A stretch of 64,000 bases of DNA from Candidatus Eremiobacteria bacterium (GCA_025934645.1 JAICWY010000003.1:14670-78669); one strand, 5' to 3'. Positions 45,530 to 57,401 are shown, counted from the first letter of the stretch. The notes: generated by a model not told the origin, from the sequence alone. Numbers and translations are program-made.

Positions 45530-45833
45530 CCACGCGGCTGCACTGCGCGATGAAACGCTGGCCGGTGTAGAAGGCGCGATCGTATTCGTGCGGCCAGAGG
45601 AGCCGGAAAAGCGCGGCATTGCGGCGCATCACTTCGGCATCGTTCGCAGCATCTCGCAACTCGGCTTCGAAGGCCGCGATGTCCCGTTGGTGCATCAACA
45701 CGACATCGGCGGCCTCGAGCGTTTTCATCCGTGCCTCGTACGCAACAGATAGCCGGTGCATGCGCGCACGCAACAAGAAGGCGGAAATGACGAACACCGC
45801 AACGCAAACGACCATCGCAAGACCGAGGAGCAT
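45495..45833 (-). CDS. Hypothetical single-TM protein
   Basis: MLLGLAMVVCVAVFVISAFLL TM then a helical region. Convergent with the previous gene and overlapping it by 35 nt. Confidence 0.4.
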   Translation of the reverse strand: MLLGLAMVVCVAVFVISAFLLRARMHRLSVAYEARMKTLEAADVVLMHQRDIAAFEAELRDAANDAEVMRRNAALFRLLWPHEYDRAFYTGQRFIAQCSRVVTLASAHQAFP

Positions 45834-45931
45834 ACGATCTTATTCGGCCGGGTGGGACCGCGACCTACATAGCCGTACTTGGGCTCGCTTGCCCGTATTG
45901 CGCGCCCTCGCGATTGGGAAATGGTAGTTTT

Positions 45932-46399
45932 ATGGAGCGCACTTCTTTGATTACACAGTCCGGTGAGCGCGATGGAGCCGGCGCTAACGAGCGCAAGACG
46001 GCCGGCGATTTTACGATCGCTTACAGCACGTCGCGCCCGGAAGGGTCCTACGAATTTTCCGACGGCATCCTTGAATGGAAAGAGCCGCAGGACGAAAACG
46101 CTCATCTGGACGTGTACGTATACGATTCCCAGGACGGGCGCTTCGTGCCGGGCCTCAACGTTCAAGCGACGTTGCTCGACATGCGCGGAGGCCGGGCCGC
46201 GGCCACCCATCTTCCCTTCGTCTGGCATCCGCGCGAGCATCACTACGGCGCGAACGTAAAACTGCCCGACGGCGGCGGCCGCTACGTGCTGCAGGTGCAC
46301 ATCGACCCGGCGACGTTCGTGCGGCGCGGGAAAGAGGAAGGCAAGCGGTACGTAACCGGCGCCGACGCGACGTTCGAAAACGTCAGGATCGAGATTTAA
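45932..46399 (+). CDS. FTP/P19-like (Fe2+ transport protein family-like) protein without signal peptide
   Basis: ENAHLDVYVYDSQDGRFVPGLNV.ATL.......AATHLPFVWHPREHHYGANVKLPDGGGRYVLQVHIDP resembles the P19/Tp34 'iron transporter' domain. ATG 45932 was chosen; TTG 45914 is possible. Confidence 0.45.
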   Translation: MERTSLITQSGERDGAGANERKTAGDFTIAYSTSRPEGSYEFSDGILEWKEPQDENAHLDVYVYDSQDGRFVPGLNVQATLLDMRGGRAAATHLPFVWHPREHHYGANVKLPDGGGRYVLQVHIDPATFVRRGKEEGKRYVTGADATFENVRIEI

Positions 46400-48175
46400 C
46401 TAGGCGATCGATACGAGCGGCGATGCGGCTTCGACCGTGTCGCCCGCTTTGACGTGAATGATTTTAGCGGTGCCGCTCTTGTGCGCGCGGATTTCGTTCA
46501 TCATTTTCATCGCCTCGATCACGGCGATGACCTGACCCGATTCAACCGCGTCGCCTTCCTTCACGCCCAGCTCCACAACCGCGCCGTGCATCGGTGAAAC
46601 GACGTCGTCACCGCTCTGCGCGACGGCTTTCTTTTTGTGCGCCATGCGCGGGGGCGCCGCCGCTTTTGACGCGCCACGCTGCTGCGGCACGGGCAAGTCC
46701 ACGAGCCTTACGCGATACAGCTTATCGTTAACCTCAACCCGAATGACGCCCTCACCCCCGTCGTCATCCTTAGCGCGCGTCAGCGCAGTCGAAGGGGCAG
46801 TCGAAGGGCCGGCCGAGCCTGTCGAGGCCTCAGCATAGAGGCCGGCCGCAAAAGCCTCCAGCGTCGCCGTTCCATACGAGGCGTCGCGGACCGGACCGTG
46901 ATCGCAGAGCGCACGCAGAAGCGGCAGTGTCGTGGGCACCCCGCCGATCGCGTACTCGTCGATCGCGCGCCGTAAGCGCGCAATAGCTTCATCGCGCGTC
47001 GGCGCCCACACCACCAGCTTTGCGATCATCGAATCGTAGTCGGGCGTGACCGTAAAGCCGGGATAGGCTGCGGAATCGATGCGCACGCCCAAACCCGCGG
47101 GTTCCCGATAGGTCGTAACCGTGCCCGGCGCGGGGCGGAAATTCTGCGAGGGATCTTCCGCGTTCACGCGGCCTTCGATGGCGTGTCCGCGGAACTCCAC
47201 GGCGCTCTGTGTATAGCCGAGCTTCTCGCCGGCCGCGACCCGGATCTGTTCGCGTATTAAATCGAGGCCGCTGATCATTTCACTGACCGTGTGCTCGACT
47301 TGAATGCGCGTGTTCATCTCCAAGAAGTAAAACTCGCTGCCGCTGACCAAACATTCGATCGGGCCCACGCTGTCGTAGCCGATCGCTTGCGCCGCGCGCA
47401 CGCCCGCCTCGCGCATGCCTTTGCGCACTTTTTCCGGGATCGTCGCCGGCGCTTCTTCCCAAAGTTTCTGATGGCGGCGTTGCAGCGAGCAATCGCGTTC
47501 GCCCACGTGCAGTACGGTGCCGTGTTTGTCGGCGAGGATCTGCAACTCGACGTGTTTGGGATTCTCCAAATAGCGCTCGGCGTAGATCGTGCCGTTTTTA
47601 AAGTACGCTTCGGCTTCGCGTTGCGCCGTCGTAAGCGCGGACTCCACTTCATCCAACGTGCGGGCAACCTTCAAACCTTTGCCGCCGCCGCCGCCGGATG
47701 CTTTGAGCGCGAGCGGAAGACCGTACTGCTTTGCCGCCTCGCGAGCCCCGGCCGCATCGGCAATCGCTTCCGTGCCGCCCGGGACCACCGGAACGCCCGC
47801 TTTGACCATCGTCTGGCGCGCGCGCACTTTGTCGCCCATCGCATCGATCGCGCCGGGATGCGGGCCGATCCAAACCAGTCCCGCGGAAATAACGTCGCGC
47901 GCGAAGCCCGCGTTCTCGGCTAAAAAACCGTAGCCCGGATGCACGGCTTGTGCCCCGGATCGTTTCGCGATATCGAGCAGTTTCGGAACGTTCAAGTAGC
48001 TTTGCGAGGGTGCAGCTGGACCGAGCAGATACGCCTCGTCGGCCATGCGGACGTGCAGCGCGTCGCGATCGATCTCCGAGTACACTGCTACGGTCTGCAA
48101 GCCCATTTCGCGCGCCGTGCGGATGATGCGCACGGCAATCTCGCCGCGGTTTGCGATGAGGATCTTATCGAACAT
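46400..48175 (-). CDS. Acyl-CoA (acetyl/propionyl-CoA) carboxylase alpha chain: biotin carboxylase + BCCP
   Basis: MFDKILIANRGEIAVRIIRTAREMG, ATP-grasp GGGGKGLKV, EMNTRIQVEHTVSE, and the C-terminal biotinyl motif VIEAMKMMNEI. Confidence 0.9.
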   Translation of the reverse strand: MFDKILIANRGEIAVRIIRTAREMGLQTVAVYSEIDRDALHVRMADEAYLLGPAAPSQSYLNVPKLLDIAKRSGAQAVHPGYGFLAENAGFARDVISAGLVWIGPHPGAIDAMGDKVRARQTMVKAGVPVVPGGTEAIADAAGAREAAKQYGLPLALKASGGGGGKGLKVARTLDEVESALTTAQREAEAYFKNGTIYAERYLENPKHVELQILADKHGTVLHVGERDCSLQRRHQKLWEEAPATIPEKVRKGMREAGVRAAQAIGYDSVGPIECLVSGSEFYFLEMNTRIQVEHTVSEMISGLDLIREQIRVAAGEKLGYTQSAVEFRGHAIEGRVNAEDPSQNFRPAPGTVTTYREPAGLGVRIDSAAYPGFTVTPDYDSMIAKLVVWAPTRDEAIARLRRAIDEYAIGGVPTTLPLLRALCDHGPVRDASYGTATLEAFAAGLYAEASTGSAGPSTAPSTALTRAKDDDGGEGVIRVEVNDKLYRVRLVDLPVPQQRGASKAAAPPRMAHKKKAVAQSGDDVVSPMHGAVVELGVKEGDAVESGQVIAVIEAMKMMNEIRAHKSGTAKIIHVKAGDTVEAASPLVSIA

Positions 48176-48299
48176 CGTAGCTCACCGCCTCGCGCCGCGC
48201 TTCCATCTTCCATTTCGACACGGGCTGCGCAGGCTCGTCCGGCTGCGCCGCGTACGCGTTCAGTGCCGCAAGTACCGCGGCCAGTTCCTCGCCGCTCAT
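48165..48299 (-). CDS. 44-aa ORF, acyl-CoA carboxylase epsilon-subunit-like (below ORF-track cutoff)
   Basis: MSGEELAAVLAALNAYAAQPDEPAQPVSKWKMEARREAVSYDVR. Its ATG overlaps the fabI stop (ATGA, 48296-48299) and its 3' end overlaps the carboxylase ATG by 11 nt. The EELAA.LAAL...W...R pattern recalls AccE/PccE peptides. Confidence 0.4.
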   Translation of the reverse strand: MSGEELAAVLAALNAYAAQPDEPAQPVSKWKMEARREAVSYDVR

Positions 48300-49078
48300 T
48301 CTGCGCTGGGCGGATACATGCCCATGGCATGATAACCGGAATCTACGAAGTGCACGTCCGCCGTAATGGCGCTCGAAAGATCCGATGCGAGATACACGGC
48401 CGTTTTGCCGACATCGTCTTGCGTGATGTTGCGGCGCAGCGGCGCCACTTTCGGAACGACGTCCAGAATGCGTGAGAAGCCGCCGACCTGACGCGAGCTC
48501 GCAGTCTTGATCGGTCCGGCGGAAATCGCGTTTACCCGAATGCCGCGCGAACCCAGGTCAAATGCCAGGTAACGTACGATCGACTCCAGCGCCGCTTTTG
48601 AAATTCCGGCGATGTTATAGTTAGGTACGATCGCCGTCGCGCCCAGATAGGTGAGAGCCATCACCGAGGCGCCATCGTTCAAGCGCTCGTTCAGCGCATT
48701 CACCAGCGCGATCAGCGAGTACGCCGAGATGTCGAGCGCCATCGAGAAGCCGTCGCGCGACGTGTCGTAAACCGTTCCGCTCAAGTCTTCTTTTTTGACG
48801 AATGCAATCGAATGGACGAGGGTGTCGAGCTTACCGAAAGACTCCAGAGCGCCCGCCATCGCACGAAGTGAATCGTCGGAGGAGACGTCGCACTCGATGA
48901 CCGGTCCGCCGCCGAGCTCCGCTGCGATTTTCTCAACTTGTTCTTTGACGCGCTCGCCCTGATAGGTGAAGGCGACCTGCGCTCCATGCCCGTGCAGCTG
49001 CCGCGCGATGCCCGTCGCAATGGACCACTGGTTGGCCACGCCCGTGACCAGCGCTTTCTTACCCTCTAAAAGTTTCAC
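48296..49078 (-). CDS. fabI: Enoyl-[acyl-carrier-protein] reductase (NADH)
   Basis: GKKALVTGVANQWSIATGIA, the catalytic Tyr/Lys region YNIAGISKAALES, and VNAISAGPIKT. Confidence 0.9.
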   Translation of the reverse strand: MKLLEGKKALVTGVANQWSIATGIARQLHGHGAQVAFTYQGERVKEQVEKIAAELGGGPVIECDVSSDDSLRAMAGALESFGKLDTLVHSIAFVKKEDLSGTVYDTSRDGFSMALDISAYSLIALVNALNERLNDGASVMALTYLGATAIVPNYNIAGISKAALESIVRYLAFDLGSRGIRVNAISAGPIKTASSRQVGGFSRILDVVPKVAPLRRNITQDDVGKTAVYLASDLSSAITADVHFVDSGYHAMGMYPPSAE

Positions 49079-49151
49079 GTCCGGTAGATACCAAGGCGGG
49101 CGGCCGCGTCCTCCGTGACTTGCGCCCGGAGCGCCGGTTTTTGGGCCGATC

Positions 49152-50576
49152 TTATTCGCGCACGAACCGTAAGTTGAAGGCCGACTGGCGGTCCATATTT
49201 CCGGCGCGGCCGAACGGTACGATAGCGCCTATTTCAATCCCCGTGCCGTTTTTTCGGATGATGCGGACGTTGAACGCGGCGCTGTACTCCGGACGGCCTA
49301 CGTTGAAATATTGGCCGAAGTCGTGCGTGTACGTGAGCGACGAGACGAAGTTGAACGCGCGGCTCGCGCGCCAGGCGGCGCCGAGCGTGTACGTGCGATA
49401 CGTCGAAGGGAACGGCGGCGCATCGTGCGCGAACGTCGCGCCGCCGTTTAAGACAAGCCGCGGCGTTGCGGACATCGTTCCCCAAAACGTCTGCGCGGTG
49501 TGCAGCGTGGCGCGGCCGTAGCCGTACAGACTCTCGCCGGCGTCCACCGACGTCGAAATACTTGCGGCGCCGATGCGAAGCGCCGCGCTGTTGAAATTGA
49601 GCGCCGGCGTGAAACGCAGTTGCTGCGAGCCGGCATAATCGAACGGATGCACGTCGTGCCCGAAATCTGCGGTCATGCGCAGCGTGCCGGCGCGGCCGAC
49701 GGCGCGCTGATTACCCGCGAAGAAAAGATCGTCGCTTCGCGTTGCATCGTACTGCGAGAAGGATAGTGACGCAAAACCCCGCCGGCCCGACGTGCTGATC
49801 GCATACCGCAACGTGCGTGTGCCGGGAAGCGTGGAGCCCGTCAGCGTTTGCGAATAGGCGTCGTTGATGCGCTGGTATGCGGCCAGATCGAAGCGCGCGG
49901 CGTCGGCGTCCTGCGTCTCGCCAACCGCTGCGTACCCTCGATCGGATCTGGCGTAATGCTCTTCCAAACCGGCGCCGGGTCCGCCGTTGTACTTGTCGTA
50001 GCGCACTCGTGCAAACGAATACGCATCGCGCCCGTTCGTAAGCAGAAACGGATACTCCAGCGCCGCCGACGGTACCGGCGAATACCCGAAGTTCTTCGCC
50101 GTGGGCGGCGGTATGGAATACGTATATGCGGCAACGAGTGTAAACGCTGTGCCGCTTCGCACCTGCGCGTTGCTGAACGCGATCGATTGCGCGGGGCGCA
50201 GTTCGACTTGCTGTGCCACAGCCACGGCCTCGGTTTGCGCGATCTCCGGAACGACCGCGTTCCTCACGAACTTTCCCGTGTGCGTGGCGAAGTCGTAGAC
50301 GTACCCGGAGCCGGTCCGGGTGCCCGACGCATCCGTGACCGAAACGTCGCCCGTCGCGACGAGCCGGTTGGCACGCAGATCGTAGCCGGCGCGCGTCGCG
50401 CCGATCTGCAAGCCGGTGCCGCGCACCGAGACGCCGCCGTCCGCTACCAGCACACTGCGATCCGGAAACAGCGCGATCTGCTGAGCCGTAATCACGACCG
50501 GCGCCGCGCTTTCTGCGCGGAGCGGCAGGGGAAGCAGCGCGAGCGCCGCGGTGAGCGCGTAGAAGAACCTGCGCAT
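49152..50576 (-). CDS. Outer-membrane protein with N-terminal OstA/LptD-like domain
   Basis: Signal peptide [23 protein letters not shown]. An OstA-like beta-jellyroll segment ([54 protein letters not shown]), then a beta-rich barrel-like body. Confidence 0.55.
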   Translation of the reverse strand: MRRFFYALTAALALLPLPLRAESAAPVVITAQQIALFPDRSVLVADGGVSVRGTGLQIGATRAGYDLRANRLVATGDVSVTDASGTRTGSGYVYDFATHTGKFVRNAVVPEIAQTEAVAVAQQVELRPAQSIAFSNAQVRSGTAFTLVAAYTYSIPPPTAKNFGYSPVPSAALEYPFLLTNGRDAYSFARVRYDKYNGGPGAGLEEHYARSDRGYAAVGETQDADAARFDLAAYQRINDAYSQTLTGSTLPGTRTLRYAISTSGRRGFASLSFSQYDATRSDDLFFAGNQRAVGRAGTLRMTADFGHDVHPFDYAGSQQLRFTPALNFNSAALRIGAASISTSVDAGESLYGYGRATLHTAQTFWGTMSATPRLVLNGGATFAHDAPPFPSTYRTYTLGAAWRASRAFNFVSSLTYTHDFGQYFNVGRPEYSAAFNVRIIRKNGTGIEIGAIVPFGRAGNMDRQSAFNLRFVRE

Positions 50577-50652
50577 GCCGGCGGCTTCTGGACCGGCAGC
50601 CGGATTTCCGGTGGAGGATGACAAGAGCGGCGCTGCGTTCAAGGATGCGGCG

Positions 50653-52206
50653 ATGAAGACGCACGAGGAAAAGTACGCCGAACTGTTGCGTAAGCGCGAG
50701 CAGGCTCTGGCGCCCGCCGGTCAGGCGGCCATCGACCGCCAGCACCAGCGCGGGAAGCGCACGGCCCGCGAACGCGTGGAAGCCCTGGTGGACGCGGATT
50801 CGTTCATCGAGCTCGACCAGTTTGCCGTCCACCGCTCGACCGCGTTCGGGTTGGACGAGAAAGAATTTTTAGGCGACGGCGTCGTAACGGGGCGCGCGAC
50901 GATAGACGGGCGCCAAGTCTTTTTGTTCTCGCAAGACTTCACGGTGCTCGGGGGCTCGCTCGGCGAAGTTTTCGCCGAGAAGATCTGCAAAGTCATGGAC
51001 CTGGCCGTGCGAACCGGGTCGCCGATGATCGGGATCAACGACTCGGGTGGCGCGCGCATTCAAGAAGGCGTCGTAAGTTTGGGCGGCTACGCCGAGATCT
51101 TCTGGCGCAACGTGCAAGCGAGCGGCGTGATTCCGCAAATCAGCCTCATCGCGGGACCGTGCGCAGGCGGCGCGGTATATTCGCCTGCGATCACCGACTT
51201 CATTATCATGACCGAACAGATCTCGCAGATGTTCATCACGGGACCGGAGATCATCAAAACGGTTACGGGAGAAGAAGTCACCTTCGAACAGCTGGGCGGC
51301 GCGTCCACGCACGCCACGAAGAGCGGCGTCGCGCATCTGACCGCCACCGATGAAGACGAGATGGTCGAGATGACCAAAGCGCTGCTCTCGTATCTGCCGC
51401 AGAATAATCTGGACGATCCGCCGCGTTTTGCAACGGACGACGATCCCGGGCGTTTGGTGCGCGAGCTCGACGACATCGTGCCGGACTCGCCCAACAAACC
51501 TTATGACATGCACGATGTCATTGTGCCGGTTGTGGACAACGGCGATTTCTTCGAGATCCAGCCGCTGTACGCGCAGAACATCATCACGGGGTTCGGACGC
51601 GTGAACGGCCAGGCGATCGGCGTCGTGGGCAATCAGCCGAACGTACTTGCCGGCGTGCTCGACATCAAAAGCTCGATCAAAGCCGCGCGTTTCGTACGGT
51701 TTTGCGACGCGTTCAATATTCCGCTGGTCACGTTCGTCGACGTTCCGGGATTTTTACCCGGCACGGATCAGGAATACGGCGGCATCATCACGCACGGCGC
51801 GAAGCTGCTCTACGCATTCGCCGAAGCGACCGTGCCAAAAATTACGATCATTACGCGCAAAGCGTACGGCGGCGCGTACGACGTTATGGCGAGCAAACAC
51901 ATCCGCGCCGACGTGAACGTGGCGTGGCCGACCGCCGAGATTGCGGTCATGGGCGCGGAAGGCGCCGTCAAAACGATTTTCCGCCGCGATATCGCAGCCG
52001 CCGAGGATCAAAACGCGAAGATGCAAGAGCTGATCGAGACCTACACCGAGCGTTTCGCCAATCCGTTCATCGCGGCGCAGCGCGGGTACGTGGACGACAT
52101 CGTGGAAGCCCGGATGACGCGGCGCGTCATCGCAAAGTCGCTCGACATGCTCGCGAACAAACGCGTCGAACGCCCAAAACGAAAACACGGCAACATCCCG
52201 CTGTGA
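50653..52206 (+). CDS. pccB: Propionyl-CoA carboxylase beta chain / acyl-CoA carboxyltransferase
   Basis: [61 protein letters not shown], and [37 protein letters not shown]. Confidence 0.9.
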   Translation: MKTHEEKYAELLRKREQALAPAGQAAIDRQHQRGKRTARERVEALVDADSFIELDQFAVHRSTAFGLDEKEFLGDGVVTGRATIDGRQVFLFSQDFTVLGGSLGEVFAEKICKVMDLAVRTGSPMIGINDSGGARIQEGVVSLGGYAEIFWRNVQASGVIPQISLIAGPCAGGAVYSPAITDFIIMTEQISQMFITGPEIIKTVTGEEVTFEQLGGASTHATKSGVAHLTATDEDEMVEMTKALLSYLPQNNLDDPPRFATDDDPGRLVRELDDIVPDSPNKPYDMHDVIVPVVDNGDFFEIQPLYAQNIITGFGRVNGQAIGVVGNQPNVLAGVLDIKSSIKAARFVRFCDAFNIPLVTFVDVPGFLPGTDQEYGGIITHGAKLLYAFAEATVPKITIITRKAYGGAYDVMASKHIRADVNVAWPTAEIAVMGAEGAVKTIFRRDIAAAEDQNAKMQELIETYTERFANPFIAAQRGYVDDIVEARMTRRVIAKSLDMLANKRVERPKRKHGNIPL

Positions 52207-52216
52207 AAGGCGAGCA

Positions 52217-52430
52217 GGCCTCGTCATAACTCGGCCGTGGTTCGACCGCGCTACGCGCGCTCACCATGACAAGCTAGGCCTGAGCGCCATAGCAACCCTT
52301 TGCGCTAAAATGCGCATGCTATTAATCGCACGTTACGTGAGCCGCTACGCATGCTGTTAGGCATGCTATTAATGGCTTGTCATGGTGAGCCGCGTAGCGG
52401 TCGAACCACGGGCCGAGTTATGACGAGGCC
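52217..52430. repeat. Long-armed imperfect palindrome (58/56-nt arms, 100-nt AT-richer spacer); MITE-like or structured RNA
   Basis: The left arm (52217-52274) ggcctcgtcataactcggccgtggttcgaccgcgctacgcgcgctcaccatgacaagc is the reverse complement of 52375-52430 apart from three small indels. The spacer carries a 13-nt direct repeat gcatgctattaat (52314-52326 and 52361-52373). Confidence 0.85.
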
Positions 52431-52443
52431 GCGAGCAACAATC

Positions 52444-54009
52444 TTACGGATGAATCCGGCGTGGCGGGTGATCGGAGTGGTAGCCCGGTACGGGGCGTTC
52501 GCCGGCGGATGAATGCCGGACCAGCGATTGCGTCGTGACCGCGCCGGGTTTCGATGCGTATGCGGCGTGGTCGTATGCCGTGCCGTTGTTCGGCGTTGCG
52601 ACTGTGACGAACCCGATCGGACGTCCGCTCGCGAAAACGGTCGCCATATAATCGCCGACCATCGCGCCGTCCATCGTTTGCGCGATCCACGTCAAGCTCA
52701 TCGGGCCGGCGAGCAACTGCGGTGCACCCCACGTAGCGCCGCCGTCTTGCGATGAGATGAAGTTGGCCGAGAGCTGACACGTTGAAGCCGTGCACGAGGT
52801 GTTCGCGTACGAATAGTACGTCAATCCCAAGTGCGCGCCCGCGCCGCTCGTCCCGGGCTCGATTCCGAGTCCCGGAATGAAGTGGTCGACGCTGCTCGTC
52901 ATCGCATCGATCGGAATACGTGCGGGCGCGGTCCAGCTCGTCCCGTTCGCCGAAGAGATCATCACGAGATCGTTTTCCGCGCAGCCCGTGCGGAAGCGGC
53001 AATCTTGCCAAACGACAAAGACCGTTCCGGACGCATCTACTGCCGCGCTTATTAGCGGTAAGCTGCGGATGTTTCCGGCATCCTGATGGTCCGCGATATC
53101 GGATGCTAACGTCGTCGGCGACCAAGATGCGCCGCCGGTGTTCGAGGTGAACGCGAGCACATTGCGGGCGTAGATATCGTCAATCGGCACGATCACCGTG
53201 CCGTTGGGCTGCACGACCGGTTGTCCGCCGATGCCGCCTGCCGTGCTGGAGGGGCTTAGCGGCGCGCCCCAGGTTTGTCCGCCGTCACTGGACTCGCCCA
53301 TGAAGATCGTGCCGTTGCCCGCAAAGCTGTCCCATTCGATATAACAATGACCGTAGAACGGACTGGCCGTATGATCGTCGCACGTTATCCAGTTCTTATC
53401 GTTCGTCGTTTCATTGGCGGCGGTTACGTTCACCGGCGTGCTCCACGTCATGCCGTCGGACGAGCGCGACACGACGACGCCTGGAACGGGCGCATTCGAA
53501 AATGAAACGGGCAGCGCGCTGATCAGCCAGACGTTGTGGCGCGCGTCGTATGCGACGGCGGGATCGCTGATGCTATCGTACGGACCTGCGGGAAGCGCGT
53601 ACAGCGTCGTGCCGGGCAGAGCGCCGTGCTGCCAGCTCGAGCCGCCGTCGAGTGACGTCGCCCAACCGATGTCCGAGGAACCATGATTGAAGAAGCGTCC
53701 CGTTTGAAATGCGGAGACGATCGTATTGCCGTTGGCGACGGCGGACGGTTCGACTTCCGTTGCGTGCTGGCTGCCGCCGTTCGTGAACGGATCGGTACTG
53801 ATGCGCGCGACGTTTGCGAACGATTCCGGCGGAAACGTCGCGCTCGGCTGCGGCGCCGGACTTGCCGGTACGGGCGGCGTTCCGCCCCCACTGCCACTAC
53901 ATGCGGCTAGCGCGAACGCCACCGCAAAACCAAAACGTTTGAGCGCCGGGATTACCAAATGCCGAGCATCATCTTGACGTCGTCGGTAGCCATTTCGCGC
54001 GGATCCCAC
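52444..54009 (-). CDS. BNR/Asp-box repeat (sialidase-fold) lipoprotein
   Basis: Lipobox FAVAFALAACSG. Five Asp-box motifs: SLDGGSSW, SSDGMTW, SSDGGQTW, SNTGGASW, SQDGGATW. An alternative TTG start at 53958 would leave a short lipoprotein signal. Confidence 0.75.
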   Translation of the reverse strand: MGSARNGYRRRQDDARHLVIPALKRFGFAVAFALAACSGSGGGTPPVPASPAPQPSATFPPESFANVARISTDPFTNGGSQHATEVEPSAVANGNTIVSAFQTGRFFNHGSSDIGWATSLDGGSSWQHGALPGTTLYALPAGPYDSISDPAVAYDARHNVWLISALPVSFSNAPVPGVVVSRSSDGMTWSTPVNVTAANETTNDKNWITCDDHTASPFYGHCYIEWDSFAGNGTIFMGESSDGGQTWGAPLSPSSTAGGIGGQPVVQPNGTVIVPIDDIYARNVLAFTSNTGGASWSPTTLASDIADHQDAGNIRSLPLISAAVDASGTVFVVWQDCRFRTGCAENDLVMISSANGTSWTAPARIPIDAMTSSVDHFIPGLGIEPGTSGAGAHLGLTYYSYANTSCTASTCQLSANFISSQDGGATWGAPQLLAGPMSLTWIAQTMDGAMVGDYMATVFASGRPIGFVTVATPNNGTAYDHAAYASKPGAVTTQSLVRHSSAGERPVPGYHSDHPPRRIHP

Positions 54010-54293
54010 GGGGGCGAGAACGTGATATCCACGTTTACGCTTTTCACGCCTTCGACGGATTTGACGTTCTCCTCAACGGATTGTCTGAAGAGCGGTCCGA
54101 CGGGACACATCGGCGAGGTTAAAGTCATCGTAACGGTGACGTGCTCGCCGCTGTCGCCTTGGACCGCGATGTCGTAAACCAAACCCAAATCCAAAATCGG
54201 AATGTTGAGTTCGGGGTCGTTGACTTTTTGAAGCGACTCGCGCACTTGCTCGACGGTTGGCATAGTGCAGAGGTTGGAGAGGCGTGCGGACAC
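53952..54293 (-). CDS. DUF59 / SufT-like Fe-S assembly protein
   Basis: V.E.L..V.DPEL.IPILDLGLVYDI.V......V.V.MTLTSPMCP. ATG 54263 (MPTVEQ) is an alternative start. Confidence 0.8.
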   Translation of the reverse strand: MSARLSNLCTMPTVEQVRESLQKVNDPELNIPILDLGLVYDIAVQGDSGEHVTVTMTLTSPMCPVGPLFRQSVEENVKSVEGVKSVNVDITFSPPWDPREMATDDVKMMLGIW

Positions 54294-54313
54294 CGCCTGC
54301 GAACCCCCCGCCC

Positions 54314-54766
54314 ATGCGAATGACTCGTCCCCTCATTCTCGGAACGCTGCTTGCGCTGGGCGCGTTACCGGTCTCCGCCCGAGCAGCCGTCTCGGTTGCC
54401 GGCGGCGGCTACGTACAGAAATCTCCCTCGGCTAGCGGGCTGGCAGGCATCGTCAGCACCGGCGCCTCGATTCCCGCGGTGCCGCTCGAGGTGCAAGGTT
54501 CCTTATTAGTGCCGTTCACGGGCCAGGGCGGGTACGCGGCGACGGCCGAGATCCGCGGCTTTACCGGGGGCGGCTTCGGCGGGGCATACATCGGGGCGGG
54601 CGCCGGGATTGGTAACCTATCAAGCGATCGCAGCACCGGTACGATCTTTACGATTTTCGCCGGCAAGTCGATTGCGCCACTTACTTCCATCGAATTCCGT
54701 TTCTATAAGCAGACGCAATCGAGCGGCTCGACTGCCGGATTCGTAGGCGTGCGCTTCAGTTTGTAA
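54314..54766 (+). CDS. Small secreted Gly-rich beta-barrel-like protein (hypothetical)
   Basis: Signal peptide MRMTRPLILGTLLALGALPVSARA/AV. Alternating beta-strand pattern. Ends ..GFVGVRFSL. Confidence 0.5.
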   Translation: MRMTRPLILGTLLALGALPVSARAAVSVAGGGYVQKSPSASGLAGIVSTGASIPAVPLEVQGSLLVPFTGQGGYAATAEIRGFTGGGFGGAYIGAGAGIGNLSSDRSTGTIFTIFAGKSIAPLTSIEFRFYKQTQSSGSTAGFVGVRFSL

Positions 54767-54895
54767 CCAATCACCCAGGTGTCGGGGTTAAGCGTTGTTA
54801 CCGATACCGAACCAAAGAGTGAACCCTGGGCGGGTATAGACGAGTAGGAAGCCTTAAGGTCCGGCGCCGGCACGAAGGAGTTACAAAAGTAGACC

Positions 54896-57394
<2,499 letters not shown>

Positions 57395-57401
57395 TCCAAA
57401 A

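Noticed and set aside
52231-52260. tRNA-like GGTTCGA(C/A)C T-loop motif in the palindrome arms
   Set aside because: No acceptor stem, D-arm or anticodon arm can be drawn around it. The motif is simply part of both inverted arms.
52418-53125. 235-aa ORF crossing the palindrome's right arm (and 51754-52227 on the left)
   Set aside because: Both are antisense or off-frame to well-supported genes (BNR lipoprotein, pccB) and have Arg-rich junk composition.
54773-54839. Possible structured 5' UTR or operator upstream of clpC (CCCAGG...CCTGGG long-range pairing; CCGGCGCCGG palindrome at about 54862-54871)
   Set aside because: There is no match to the CtsR, CIRCE or HAIR operators. The pairings are short and expected by chance in GC-rich DNA. 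Noted only as a weak possibility.
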